The notes: generated by a model from the letters alone, not told the origin. Shown: positions 35,072 through 47,974, counted from the first letter of the stretch. The stretch is 48,838 bases of DNA from Neovahlkampfia damariscottae (GCA_016618085.1 JABLTG010000150.1:1-48838), one strand, 5' to 3'. A program made the numbers and translations.

Positions 35072-38000
35072 ATGTCTTCACTATTTCCAATTTTCGATGA
35101 CGAAGAAGAGAAAGAGGAAAAGACAAAATCTTTAATTCAACATCAAAATACATCTTGGTTGAATTGTAGTTCAGCTCCAGTGACTTCAAATCCTAAAAAT
35201 TCATCTTCTGAAGATGAAGACGAAAAAGAATCAAAAGAAGAAAGAAAAAAAAGAAAAAAAGAAAAAAAAAGAAAAAGAAAAGAAGAAAAAGAGAAATTAA
35301 AAATAATTGATTTTGAAAAAAAACGCATTAAAATCGATCCAAGGTCACAAACATCCATAAAAGATTTATTTCCAAAGTAAAAAAAAAAAAAAAAAACTTA
35401 CAAAAAAAAAGAGATGAGAAGTTTGAAATTGATACAAAAGGAGATGCTAATAACTTGGTTTTTGAACAACCTTATCGAACAGATATTCCAAAATACCTTC
35501 GTTTTAATTCAACAAATCCACATCTTCATGATGTCTTGAAGTGGAAAGAAATCACAAAAAAAATGAATACAAATCAACTAGTTTATAGGAATGGTAGATT
35601 TATAGGTCATGTAAAAAATGAAGAAGAGGATGATTTACAACCTGAAAGTCGATATTTCAAAGGTAAAATTTTGAAGGTTTTAGATGATGTCCAGTTGAAG
35701 AGAATTCATTATAAAAATGATACTGCACCATTAGATGAGTATATTCCTCTAACAAGTAATTTACAAAAAAAATTAACAAATCAGGACCAACAGAAAGTAC
35801 TAGATTCTTTAGAGTTGTTCAAGATTCAAATCTTGAAGAAGAAGAAGATTCATTTGAAGGAGAAAGTTTTGAAGAGTATATTTTTCGAAAAACAAAAGAA
35901 TTCAATACTTCAATTCAAAAAGAACCAAAAAACATTGAAACTTGGTTAAATTTTGTTAAATTTCAAGACGAATATTTGAAACTGCAAAAAAGAAAGAATT
36001 ATACCACTATATCAGAAAAGAAAATTTTGATTTATGAAGCAGCTTTGAAAGAGAATCCAAATAGTGTTCCATTATTGGTGGGTCATTTAAAAGAAAGCCG
36101 TGAAATATTACCACATCAATTACTTGAATCTGGATGGAGAAAGGCATTATCAAGAGTACCAGAAAGTGAAGAATTATGGAGAGAATACTTTTTATTTAAG
36201 AAATCTATTTTTTCAGAATTCAATTGTACAAATATGCGTAATATTTATGGAAAATGTTTTGCCACTTTGTACAGATCAAAAACAGAAAAAAACTCAAATA
36301 CAATTGAAAAAACAATGTTATCCATTTTATATGATTATTGTATTTTTGAAAAAGAATCTGGATATACTGAAAAATCAATAGCAATCATGCAGGCAATGAT
36401 TGAATTAAATTTATTCAATCCTTTTTCATTCGCTTCTTGGAGTCAACAATTAAGTTCATTCAGAGATTATTGGCAACAAGAAGCCCCTAGAATTGGTGAA
36501 AAAGATGCAGTAGGATGGAAGCAATGGCTTCTAAACGTTGATCTTGATGAATTAGAATCAGATGAAGAAGATGATGAGCAAATTGATGAATTGATTGATG
36601 AACTTGAACAAGAAGAAGAAGAGGAAGATTTTTCTGATATATCAGATTCAGATGATATTTTAGACATTATACAAGAAAAATCTATTTATACAAAATGGTT
36701 AAATGAAGAAGAAAAACAATCACAACAACATTGGTCACCTTGTAGACCTTTGAAAGACTCAAATATAATTGAATCATGTGCTGATAGAATTGTAATGTTT
36801 GAAGATTTAAAACCATTTCTATTTCAAGTATCATCAGAGAATTATTTACAACTGGTTTTTCTATTTTTAGAATTACTTGGTGTAAGTGTAATTTATACAC
36901 AAAAAAGTGTAAATGATAGTTTTGTGCATGAATCTTTGATGAGTAAAGATTTCAAAACGATTTATTCAATTTTCAATTCAGTAAATCTTAATCATTCATT
37001 TTTAACATTTTTTAATAGAAATCAAAATTTGATTGGAAACCTTCAAATGTTATCACAAATGGTGCTAAAAGAAAATTTATCAAAAATGTTTTTCAACAGG
37101 TTTTTACTTTATTTCCAAATGAGAAAACATTGGAGATGACTTTGTTGGATTTTGAATCTGATCGTGATGTTACAACCTTCAAAAATGCAGCAAAAGATAT
37201 TCTTTCCAAAGATCCTGATAATATTTATCTTTACAATTACTATGCTCAAATTCTTATAAAGAAATCACAAATTGAAGAAGCAAAAAAAGTTTATTCCATT
37301 TTTTTGGAGAAATTAAATCAATTAACCAATAAAAAAGGATCAACATTAATGTATAGATGCTATGCAGAATTAGAATATGACAATAAAGAAAAAGCGATTC
37401 AAATTCTATGCTCTTGTGTTGATGGAAAATCAATATCAAATACAACTGTAGATTCTAAAAGAATCAAATCAGCAAAAGTGATTTACACAAATATAATGAT
37501 TGAAATTGAAAATTCACCAAAAAACAAAAATTCTTTACTTGAATATGTTATGTGTTTTGCTTTACTTGAAGATTTGACAAATGATTCAAAAGAAGCATCA
37601 AGAATTTTTGAAACAGTTTTAGAAGATTTCAAAGATCCTTGTAATAGTCCACATTCAATATTTTCATTATCTTCAAGATTTGAAATTCAAACATTCAACA
37701 AATTGATTCCAAAACTTGAATTAGGTGATGTTTATGAACAATATCTCTGGTTATTATATTTCAAATTCATTTTTGTTCATAAAAAACCAAAACAAAAGGA
37801 ATTAACTTATTTCACAAATTCAAGAGTCAGATCATTAATTGAAACTTTTCTACTTAGATTTCCAGGTCATCCATTAGGATTATCTTTATATATTGAATTA
37901 GAAATGAAATTGAATATAACAAGTCGAAGTGGAAGATTTTTCAATCAATTAATTCAAAGAGTACCTTCTCCAATTTTATATTTATTTGCAATATATTCAG

Positions 38001-38308
38001 AAATGAAAAGAGGAAATACAAATAAGATTCGTTCATTATTTGAAAAAGCATTTGAAAATCAAGTTTGTAAAGCAAATATCATTTTATGGAGAATGTATCT
38101 TAGATTTGAAGTTTCACATGGAAATTTATCAAATGGTAAAAAAATATTTTATCGTTCCATTGATAAAGTTCCATATGCTAAATCAATTTGGATTGACATT
38201 ATGAAATTATTTGATCATTTAAATGTCAAAGAAATTCAAGAAATTGTTGATTTGATGAATGAAAAGGAAATACTTTTAAGAACAAATATTGAAGATTTTG
38301 TGATTTGA
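35072..38308 (+). CDS. NRDE2: NRDE2 (nuclear exosome regulator/splicing factor, HAT repeats), 4 exons
   Basis: DTKGDANNLVF...IPKY, EPKNIETWLNFVKFQD, ESGYTEKSIAIMQAMIELN, WQQEAPRIGEKDAVGW, DRIVMFED and terminal EKEILLRT. Confidence 0.88.
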
Positions 38309-38407
38309 AAATAACTTTTTTTTTTGATTGAATCTTGGTCTTGAAAAAAAATAAAAGATAATTTTGATTGGTGGGTTTTTCATTATTCTTATTGGTCTAT
38401 TAATCAC

Positions 38408-40054
38408 ATGTCAGGTAAGTAATAAAAATCATGTTAAAAGGAATTTCCCAGGTGTAACTCCAGATCATAGTGGTTTTATGAAGAAGAAAGGAGGGTTTCC
38501 AAACCCTGCACTTCAAAGTTTATTTTTTTTATTTTTAAATTTTTTCAAACAGAAAGATGGTTTGAATTAGTTGGACCACGTTTATTTTATTATAAAACAC
38601 AATCACAAAAAGCTCCGACAGGTGTGATCAATTTAAAAAAAGAAACAAAAATTGACGTTCACCCAACAGTAAACAAAACTCTTTTAACACAACTTGTTTT
38701 AGAAAGCGAATTGGCTTGTAATTTCAGGAAAACACCTTAAAAGAAAATATGAAATGGAAACAGAAAGTGAAACTGTTCGTGATGAATGGATAAATGCAAT
38801 CAAAGGTGTTTTAGATCCAACAAGTCAAGTATGTGAATCCATCAATCATTTTTTACTTTTTTTCAAAGGAAATTACAAAAAATGATGTAGATAGTTCATC
38901 AAAAACAGAAAACTTTTTTGAAGGCCAAAAACAAAGCAAACCACTTTCACTTGATGATTTTGATCTTTTATGTGTTCTAGGAAGAGGTTCATTTGGTAAA
39001 GTTATGAAAGTTATGAAGAAAGATACGAAAGAAGTCTTAGCTATGAAAGTATTGGCGAAGGATATGTTGGCTAAAAACAACATGATTCTTTATACAAAAA
39101 CAGAAAAAGAAGTTTTACAAGAAATTAATCATCCATTTATTGTTCGTTTGAAATATGCTTTTCAAAACGATTCAAAATTGTACTTTGTATTAGATTTTCT
39201 TTCAGGTTTGAAATGTCAATTTTTTAATTTCTTTTTTTTAAAAAGGAGGAGAATTATTTTTCCATTTGTCTAATGAAGTCAGATTTAGTGTCAACAGAAC
39301 TAAATTTTATGCTGCTGAATTAGTTTTAGCGATTGGTCATTTACATTCAATGCAAATTATTTACAGGTTCGATTCTTCCTTTGGTTTTTTATATTTTAAT
39401 TTTTAGAGATTTAAAACCTGAAAATGTAGTTCTTGATGGAGATGGTCATGCAGTTATGACAGATTTTGGATTAGCAAAGAAAGAAGTTACCGATGAAAAA
39501 CCAACTCAAACATTTTGTGGTACACCAGAAGTAAAGAATTTAAAAAAAAAATTAAAACAAAAAAGTATTTAGCACCTGAAATTGTAATGGGAAAAGGGTA
39601 TTCAAGATCTGTTGATTGGTGGTCACTCGGTATTTTAATTTATGAAATGCTTGTTGGTTTACCACCTTTTTATTCTGAAAATATGAATGAAATGTATGAT
39701 CTTATTTTAAAAGCTCCACTTGAATTTCCAAATGAAATTCCTTCAGATGCGAAATCTTTATGTAAAGGATTACTTGAAAGAAATATTTCAAAAAGATTAG
39801 GATGCTCTGAAGATGATTATGAAGAAATTAAAGCACATCCATTTTTTGAATCCATTGATTGGGAAAAACTTTATGCGAAACAAATTACACCTCCTTTTGT
39901 TCCAAAGAATTCAGAAACTAATGATAAAAAAGCAAAATATTTTGATCCAGAATTTACAAAAGAAAAAGTTCAAGACAGTTTCGCAGTTTCCGTGAAAAAA
40001 GAAACTAATGTTTCATTTGAAGGTTTTGAATACAACAGCGAAGACGCTCAATAA
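38408..40054 (+). CDS. PH-domain AGC serine/threonine kinase (PKB/Akt/SGK-like), 8 exons
   Basis: PH domain (GFMKKKGG...KRWF...EWINAI), [31 protein letters not shown] and an AGC C-tail. First intron 38415-38451. Confidence 0.92.
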
Positions 40055-40192
40055 ACATTCTTATATTTTTTTAAAAAAGGAAAATCAATTGGAAGAATAA
40101 GGATATTTTTCTTTCTTAATTTGGATGACAGTTCCAAATTCGGATATTCATTTCAAAACAATTGTTGTTGAGGTTACAGGAGAGACCAACTG

Positions 40193-41581
40193 ATGCATTT
40201 TTCAAAAAGAAAATCAGTTCATTCTTCATATTTTCAAAAACTCAGTTGGGTTGAATCAGTAAGAAAAGAGAGATCCTGTTAATACATTTTTAGATGACTT
40301 CAGGAAAAGATTTTGTAAATATTAACCCAGAACAACAACCACTTTTACAACAAGAAATTATAAAAAATTGGACTTTTGAAATTGTAAAATTGCTCTATTC
40401 GGATTTAAGTGAAAATTTGGGAAAACTAAAAAACAATCAAAAAAAATCAAACAATGGAAATTTGACTCCACCTGATTTTTCAAAGATAAATGAAGTTCTT
40501 GATACCTTAGAAAAATCATTCAAAGATATCAAATTTGATCCAATAATTTATGTAGTTGGATTGTTTTATTTTGATTACTTGTTGTCAAAATTTTTGATAC
40601 CAAAAAATCAATTTGAAGTTTATTTAATCATTTGTATAAGTTTAGGATCTAAAAGTAACAAAAAAACAAAAAAAAAAATTGACAGTTTTCTCAGTGTTTG
40701 AAGATGAATTCTATCCAAATTCTTATTTCTACAAGAAACTCTTTATCAACAATCAAAATATTCTATACACAGAATATAATCAATTTGAAGTAAAAATCTT
40801 GAATTTGATGGAGTATAATTTATTTATTGATTATGAAACTTTGAAGAAATTTATTGATTATTACTCAGAACTTGTTTCTGGAAAAGTTGTTAATAAAATA
40901 TCAAATAAAATTGAAGAACCTGGTACTTTTAGAAAAAATGCAATTCAAAAATCTAAAGGAATATCTAAATTGAAGAGAATGTCAAGTTTGGATCCAGAAT
41001 CGAAATTAGAAGACACAATGAAAAATCAAGTAATTTTTGATAGGTTCAGAAATTTTTGTGAAAAGGAAAATTTCGTTGAATATTTTTTATTGTATGAACT
41101 GGTGAAGGAGTACCAAGATTCGACCACTCAAAAAGGTAGAATATTTTTATTGGATAAATTTTTCAATGAATTTGTTGAAAAGTATCCAAAGATGAAATCA
41201 TTCATTGCAAAAGAATACCTACATACAATAACTAGTACAATAGAAAGAAATGAGCATTTAAAATCTAATTTATTGGATGATGTCATGAGAATCTTTGAAA
41301 ACACATTGGAAATGAAATTTGAAAAATTCAAATCAACCAAAATCTACCAAGAATCTCAGTCACCAAACTCCAAAATCCCAATTCCAAAAACTAAGATGGA
41401 GATTAAAAAGGCAAAATCAAGATCGACTTCGCTCATTCAAGCTTCAAAGACGAACTCAACAATATCAAATTTTCCTGAAAGTAGTGAATCAGTTGTTCAT
41501 TCACCAATGGATAAAATTGAACAGAAAACATCAAATCCATTGCATTTACTCGATCTTTTTGGGTTGTTCAAAAAAAAATAA
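40193..41581 (+). CDS. Pho80/cyclin-P-like cyclin domain fused to an RGS domain, 3 exons
   Basis: YVVGLFYFDYL...ICISLGSK|MFEDEFYPNSYF...NQFEVKILNLMEYNLFI followed by LEDTMKNQVIFDRFRNFCEKENFVEYFLLY...FEKFKST. Introns 40259-40293 and 40655-40694. Confidence 0.7.
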
Positions 41582-41776
41582 ATCTGGTAAATGAGTTCAA
41601 CTTAAAATTCCATTTTTTCTTGATTCACTTGATATTCTTTGCACCTGCAGAAAAGATACAGTTCTTTGAGCTACCATACGAGATGGCAACCAATCAGGTG
41701 GGTAAATAACTTAACCAATCAAACAAATTTCTCAATTCCGAAATTTACCAAACAAAGAGAAACCACGTGACAAAAA

Positions 41777-42823
41777 ATGACAACAAATGAAGACAAAAAG
41801 AAAGGTTGGACAGCAGAAGACTTAACCAAATTCATGAATGAAGATGTCAATATTGAAAAAATCCTTCCACAAATTCAAAAAAAATTAAATTTAACACAAG
41901 AACTTAAACTCTCCAAAAAACAATTTGAAGGTCTCACAAACATGAACAAATTATTAGAAACTTCAGATCAAAAATTTTTTTTAAGAATTAAAACAAAACC
42001 TGGAAATACACCTTATGCAACTCCAGAAAGAGAGTTCAGAATTTTGAAATTATTTCAAGAAAATAACTTGAACATTTCACCAAAGGTTTACCTTTTTGAT
42101 GATTCTTGTGAACTAATTCCTCAAACCTATCAAGTAATGGAGTATATTGACGGTGAAGTTTCAAACAAAGTTGATTACCGTTTAGTTGCCAAATGTTTAA
42201 AACAATTGCACTCCATTGATTACTCAAAACTCAAAGGAGAAGATGCAAAACTATTAAATATTGGAAATGAATTACCAATTTCAGATGAACACTTAATTCC
42301 AGTTTATTATCAAATCATTGAAGATTGGATTTTAAAAACTGGAATTGAAATGTTAGATGAAGAAGTTTCAAAAAAACTAACTGAAATATATCATAAAATC
42401 ATTGAAATTTCATCTGGACTTTTACATTTAAGAAAGAATCTTCCAAGAAACACCATCATTCACAGAGATGTTCATAATTTGAATTTTATAAAACCAGATG
42501 GGAAAAATGAATTGATGTTAGTTGATTGGGAAATGGTTCATTTAAACCATTACTTATTTGACATTTGTTATTACACTATTTATTTAAATGATGAAGAAGA
42601 AAAAGAATTTTTCGAAATTTATGGACTTGATGAAAAACCTGAAATTGTTTGGTTGCAATATATGGAGCAACTTTTATGTTCAGTTGGATTTTTTATCAAT
42701 ATTTATCAAGTGGCAAAAACTCAAAATTTGAAACTTCCAAATATTGGAGATCAATATGAAATTAAAACAAAGTTAGATGGTTTAATTGAAAAGTTACATT
42801 CAAAATTCAAAACTTATGAATAA
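41777..42823 (+). CDS. APH/choline-kinase-like phosphotransferase, intronless
   Basis: GLTNMN, FFLRI, ERE, HRDVHNLN (Brenner motif) and LVDWE. Confidence 0.85.
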   Translation: MTTNEDKKKGWTAEDLTKFMNEDVNIEKILPQIQKKLNLTQELKLSKKQFEGLTNMNKLLETSDQKFFLRIKTKPGNTPYATPEREFRILKLFQENNLNISPKVYLFDDSCELIPQTYQVMEYIDGEVSNKVDYRLVAKCLKQLHSIDYSKLKGEDAKLLNIGNELPISDEHLIPVYYQIIEDWILKTGIEMLDEEVSKKLTEIYHKIIEISSGLLHLRKNLPRNTIIHRDVHNLNFIKPDGKNELMLVDWEMVHLNHYLFDICYYTIYLNDEEEKEFFEIYGLDEKPEIVWLQYMEQLLCSVGFFINIYQVAKTQNLKLPNIGDQYEIKTKLDGLIEKLHSKFKTYE

Positions 42824-43021
42824 ATTATTATTAAAAGGTTCTCGGAGTTTCACCTTTCAAAAAATGGAAATATGAATATTGGCAATGGATTATCGGAATT
42901 GGTTTGTTTTTTGTGCTTCTTCATCATTTTTCTTTGTTTTTTTTTCAATGCTACTTGTCCCAATCGGGTAATAAATCAATCAGTTGATCCAATCACGGAC
43001 ATTTAACCAAATTTACTTGAC

Positions 43022-44727
43022 ATGAGCATAACAGTGAAGTTGTATCACTCCGAAGAACAAAACTCCGTCTCAATACCATTCACTGTAACACTAGGAATGT
43101 ATTTACATGAGTTTTTCAACTCTGCGGAGAAAATCTTTCCTCAAAAATGTATAAGTGCTCTTGGTAAAAAAAAAAAAAAAAACCTCATTTTTTCGAACAG
43201 TTTTAAGGAATGGAGAAGAAATTATAGTCTTAAATAGATCAATACGATCACCTTATATGCCATATTATTTGATGAAAAGTGGTGATTTGGTTGTTATTGA
43301 TTCAGAATTGAATAACTTCACTCAATCAGCTGTTTATAGTAAAAACAATCATAAAAAATGTTTTTTAACATTGAATAGTTGTACCTGAATCTGTCCTTAG
43401 AAATGAAAAAAAAATACCGAGAAGCAGTGTCACAAATAGAATTGCATCTATTCCAGAATACATGAAAAATGATTACAAAGATGATAAGTTTCAGTTGAAG
43501 AATTTTTCAAGAAAACGATTAGAGAAACCTATATTTCAACAAAAAGACGACTTTCCTATTTCATTTTTGATACTAGGCACTCTTCAATCTGGAAAAAGTT
43601 TTTTTTTTTTCTTCTTTTATTTATTTCTTTATTAGGTACATTATTCAAACAATTAAAAAGAATACTACATTATAAGTATACAAGTGATGATTTATTAACT
43701 TACAAAGAAATTATTCATTCAAATATTCTTCAAAATGTCAATTTGATTGTCAATAAAATGATTAATCTTGGAGTTAAATTAGAAAATCAACAAAATCAAG
43801 AATTTTTTGAATTAATACAAAATTTAACACCTGAAGATTACTTAGTTACCAATATTTTGTACAATAGAGAAATGGCAACCAAAATTTCAGCATTGACATC
43901 TGATAAAAACTTTCAAAAGGTTGTACATCAAAATTGTAATTATTTGACCACCGAGGCATTTGAATATATTTTAAGACACTTGTATAGAATGAGTGACAAA
44001 AATTTTACTCCTTCACAAACAGACATCATGGTGTCACGTATCAAAACAACTGGAATTGTTGAATCAATTCACAAACAAAAATTTGAAAAATTTGGATTTG
44101 AAAATGAACAAGAGACAACAATACGTTTAATAGATGTTGGTGGTGCACGAAATGAAAGAAAAAAATGGGTGTATTGCTTTGACAATGTGTCAGTTGTTTT
44201 CTTCTGCTCTTCTATATTAGATTTCTGCAGAGTTTTGTACGAGGATGGAACAACAAATAGATTAGATGAAAGTTTATCTGTATTTGAGAATATCATCAAT
44301 TCTGAAAAATTTGATGATACCCCAATTGTACTTTGTTTCACATGTGTAGATTTATTAAGAAAAATATTGAAATACTCACCTGGAATTGCTTTGAATTATT
44401 TTGGTACTTTAGATTTCTTCAAAATTTGTGAAATTGTAAAAGATAGGTTTTTGAAAAGAATTAAGAGTTCAACTAAAAACAAACCAATCATTTTTTTCCT
44501 CGACTTGTTGGATGTAAATATTGTTCAAGAAATGCTTTTCAACTTATTTGGTGTGGATAAGGTACTTCATTGTTTCATTTTAAACTCAATTTTAGAAACC
44601 AAAATTATCCGATTCAAGATATCATTCATATAGAAAAGAAATACCATTAAATGAACTCGGAAAACGTGAGATCATTTCGAAAAATGATTCATTCTCAGAT
44701 GTATTGATTCATTTTCAAAAAAATTAA
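43022..44727 (+). CDS. Atypical heterotrimeric G-protein alpha-like protein with N-terminal ubiquitin-like extension, 5 exons
   Basis: ILGTLQSGKSTLFKQ (after intron 43598-43635), RIKTTGI, DVGGARNERKKW and EDGTTNRLDES; stop at 44725-44727. Confidence 0.85.
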
Positions 44728-44737
44728 TAAAAATTTT

Positions 44738-46138
44738 TTATTCGATGTAAGTTGAATATTCTTCTTCTTGAGGTACATTTGGTTCAACTTCTGAAATTTT
44801 GTTTGGATTTATTGGTGTGTTTTCATTCATTGTTGTTGTAGCTTTATAAGCAAAATAGGATTCCTCCATTGCAAAGTAAAATCGATAGACAAAGTAAATG
44901 ATAATAGCCTTTGAAAAAAATTAATTTTTGAAAGGTGAATATCTTACGGATACAACTAAAAATACAATTGAAATCAATGTATTAAAGATGCTTATAAGTA
45001 TATTTCCAACGCTTGAATTCAAATTTTCACCTAAATAAAAACCACTTCCTGATATCGTCAAAATAAAAAAAAAGAATCTTACCAATTCTACAGAACACAT
45101 GGATCGCAACAGTGATAATTCCATAAAAAAACTGTTGATTTTAGTGATATAATATTTACCATTTGAACATATCTAAAATTATAGAAAAATGACGCTAAGA
45201 CTCCAATTGTGCATAATGCAATCCAAATTAATCTTGGTTACAAGTTAAAATAATATCAGAAACATACTTTTCATAAAAAGAGATAAAAAATAATAATGTT
45301 GACGTCAAAACTTGTGTGAACTTCAAAATACTTATGTTTGAATAAAAAAAAATGAGAGTCCCAATCATGAGAACAATGAATGCAATAACTGAAACAATCT
45401 GAAAAAGTTGTTAAAAAAGTTTGTTTTTTTTACGATTAAGATAATACTACCTATTTTTGTATACAATGACCACAATTTCACGCTCTTATTAATCAATAAA
45501 GGTTTTGAATCTTGTTGTTGGTTTATTTTTGTTTTTTTTGAGTATGTTTCAATTTCAAGAGCAAAGTAAAATTTAACAGAAAAAAATGAAATCACAATCT
45601 AAATATATTAATAAAGTTATTTCTTACCATTGTGAGAATCAAAATTATCCCAAAAATGACCATAACAGAACCTAACAAATATTTCAATGAATTGACTCCA
45701 TCTTGTGGAAGAATAGCATAAAAATTATCCACAGCATATTTCAAGTATCTTGGATATTCCAAAGCAGAAAAAATAATAAATCCAATTGAAAACTAAACAA
45801 AATGTCAAAAAAAAAATAAATTATTTTTTTACCATTTGAGCTTCAATTAGTTTGTGATATCTAGAAGCTCTGAGAGCACATATACCAAGAAATAATAATT
45901 CTAATAACGCTAACATGTTTGAAATTTGATCAAAAGTTGCAGCAGCGACCGACCATCCTTTGTAAGTTGTAGGAGCAATAATTTCATAAATGACAATTGA
46001 ATAATGAATCAATTGAAGAATTAATAGTGTAGGTACAGCAATCTATTTATTAATAAATATTTGATTATTTACAAAAATTAAAATAGAGCTGAGAAAAACC
46101 TGTTTAGAAAGTTTATCAAGTGTAAAATTGGTTTCCAT
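44738..46138 (-). CDS. Multi-pass (about 8 TM) membrane protein made of two duplicated halves, 9 exons
   Basis: 8 GT-AG introns give one hydrophobic frame; the two halves end KFYFALE and RFYFAME. Confidence 0.7.
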
Positions 46139-46300
46139 TGGTGGATTGGACTTGAACTCTCCAAAACTTATAACAAAGGTCAATATTCATTTTTTACATG
46201 AAATAAATTGAAATTCTTTCAAATCTCAACGGATAAATAGAATAGACCAATAGTTCCTTTTTCACCAAAATTTTTCATCGGTGAATAAAGTTACTGAAAC

Positions 46301-46901
46301 ATGGTCATTTTGCTCAAACTATTTTTTTATTCATTTGGTTTAATGACAGGACCATTGATAACCATGGATTACTTTTTATTGATTTTAACACTTTTTAATC
46401 CTCCAATTCATCATGGACAACTTTTGGCCATTCAAAGTGGACAAACACTTTGTTTTGTTACTTTATTACTTGGTGGATTGTCAGGACTTGTTTTAGGACC
46501 TTATATAACTTTTTTAATTTTAGATTTTATATTATTCATTCAACAACGATGGATTCGTTATATTTTATATGGTGGTTTAATAACAGGTAATTTTTAACAT
46601 TTATAATAACTTGATACCTTTAGGATTTGGAATTCCTTTAATTATTCAAGTTACAGCAATAACAAAATTTTTCGATACTTTATTTGAAAGATTTAGAGAA
46701 AATGAGAATGAAAATTGTAATCACACAGTTTTATGTGACTGTAAAACATGGAATTCAATGGTAAATAGACTTGTTGAAGATTTTTATCATTGGAATCATG
46801 ATTCACAATTTTGGAATCCTTTGAATTGGATTCAATTTGGATTTCCTGGTATTTTTATAGGTGGAGTTATTTCATTTTTCTTACATGTATTAAAACTTTA
46901 A
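46301..46901 (+). CDS. Small multi-pass membrane protein, 2 exons
   Basis: Two hydrophobic ORFs joined by GT-AG intron 46587-46623; CCAAT at 46247. Confidence 0.65.
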
Positions 46902-46945
46902 ATTTTGAACTTTTTTTCTTTTAAAAAATTGACCAATTATTTTTT

Positions 46946-47974
46946 ATGAGAAGTTCAACAAAAGGTGATTTGCAAGTGAACTGGTTTTTTTCTGAGGAAG
47001 ATGTAGAAACCATTTTAATAAGAGAAGGTTCAACTTTGAAAAAAGATTTTGAACTTCGTAAATCAACAATCAACTTTTTACAGGAAATTGGTTCAAAATT
47101 AAAAATGTTAAAAAGATTTTTTTTTTTTTAACAATTTCACAGGCCTCATAAAGTTATAGCCACAGCTTGTGTTTATTTTCATAGATTTTTTTTGTTACAT
47201 TTATTTCATGATTTTGACAGATACGTAAGAAGAGAAGTTTTTTTTTTTTTTAATTTTTTACTAGATTGTAGCAGGAACTTGTTTGTATTTATCTTCAAAA
47301 ATGTTGAATGATTTGAAGAATATTAATGAAATCATTTACATTTATGAAGAATTATTATTATTGGAGAAGACAACTCATGAAACTTTTTTATTGTTGAAAG
47401 AAAAGTTTTTAAATGTTGAATTTGTACTACTTAAAACTATAAATTTTGAATTTTATGTTGACTTGCCTCATAAATTTTTAGAAGGGTTTATAAAACAGAT
47501 TAGGAATCGAATAACGATAACTAAAGAGGTTGAATTTGAATTACATAAGAAATCGAGAAGTTTTGCAGATGATAGTTTGAGAACTAGAGCGATGTAAACT
47601 CAAAAACTCATTTTTACATTTTTTTCTAGATTGACCTACGAACCTCAAGAAATAGCTGCAACTTCAATTTTTTTAGGTTCTAAATATATGAGTTTAGAAA
47701 TACCTTTTGATAAAATACAAGAAGAAGAAGGTATTACTGGAAAAGAAGAATTATTTTTTAAAACTTCCAAATGTAATTTAAAAAGAATTTGTTTTCAAAT
47801 TTTTGATTTGTACGATGAAACATCAGAAAACTTTTTGAAGATGAAAAAAAGAGCATTTGAAGTTCAAATTCTTTTTAAATTATTTTTAAATTTTAAATAA
47901 AATAGGGATTAGGTTCGAAATCGAGTGAAAAAAAAAAAATATTGCCATTTTCAGTGGCAAAGAAGGAAATTTAA
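46946..47974 (+). CDS. Transcriptional cyclin (cyclin K/L/T-like), 5 exons
   Basis: FLQEIGSKLKM, ATACVYFHRFF, CLYLSSK, EFVLLKTINFEFYVDLPHKF and YEPQEIAATSI. The 3' end is uncertain because of an A12 run. Confidence 0.8.

Noticed and set aside
35200..35300. Purine-rich GAAAAA repeats and the antisense Phe/Ser-rich ORF 35143-35358
   Set aside because: This is the Lys/Glu-rich coding tract of NRDE2. The antisense ORF, like most short overlapping ORFs in the track, is a shadow frame.
41764..41769. CACGTG E-box before the APH-like kinase, next to a Pho80-like cyclin gene
   Set aside because: A single hexamer is too weak to imply a PHO-type regulon.
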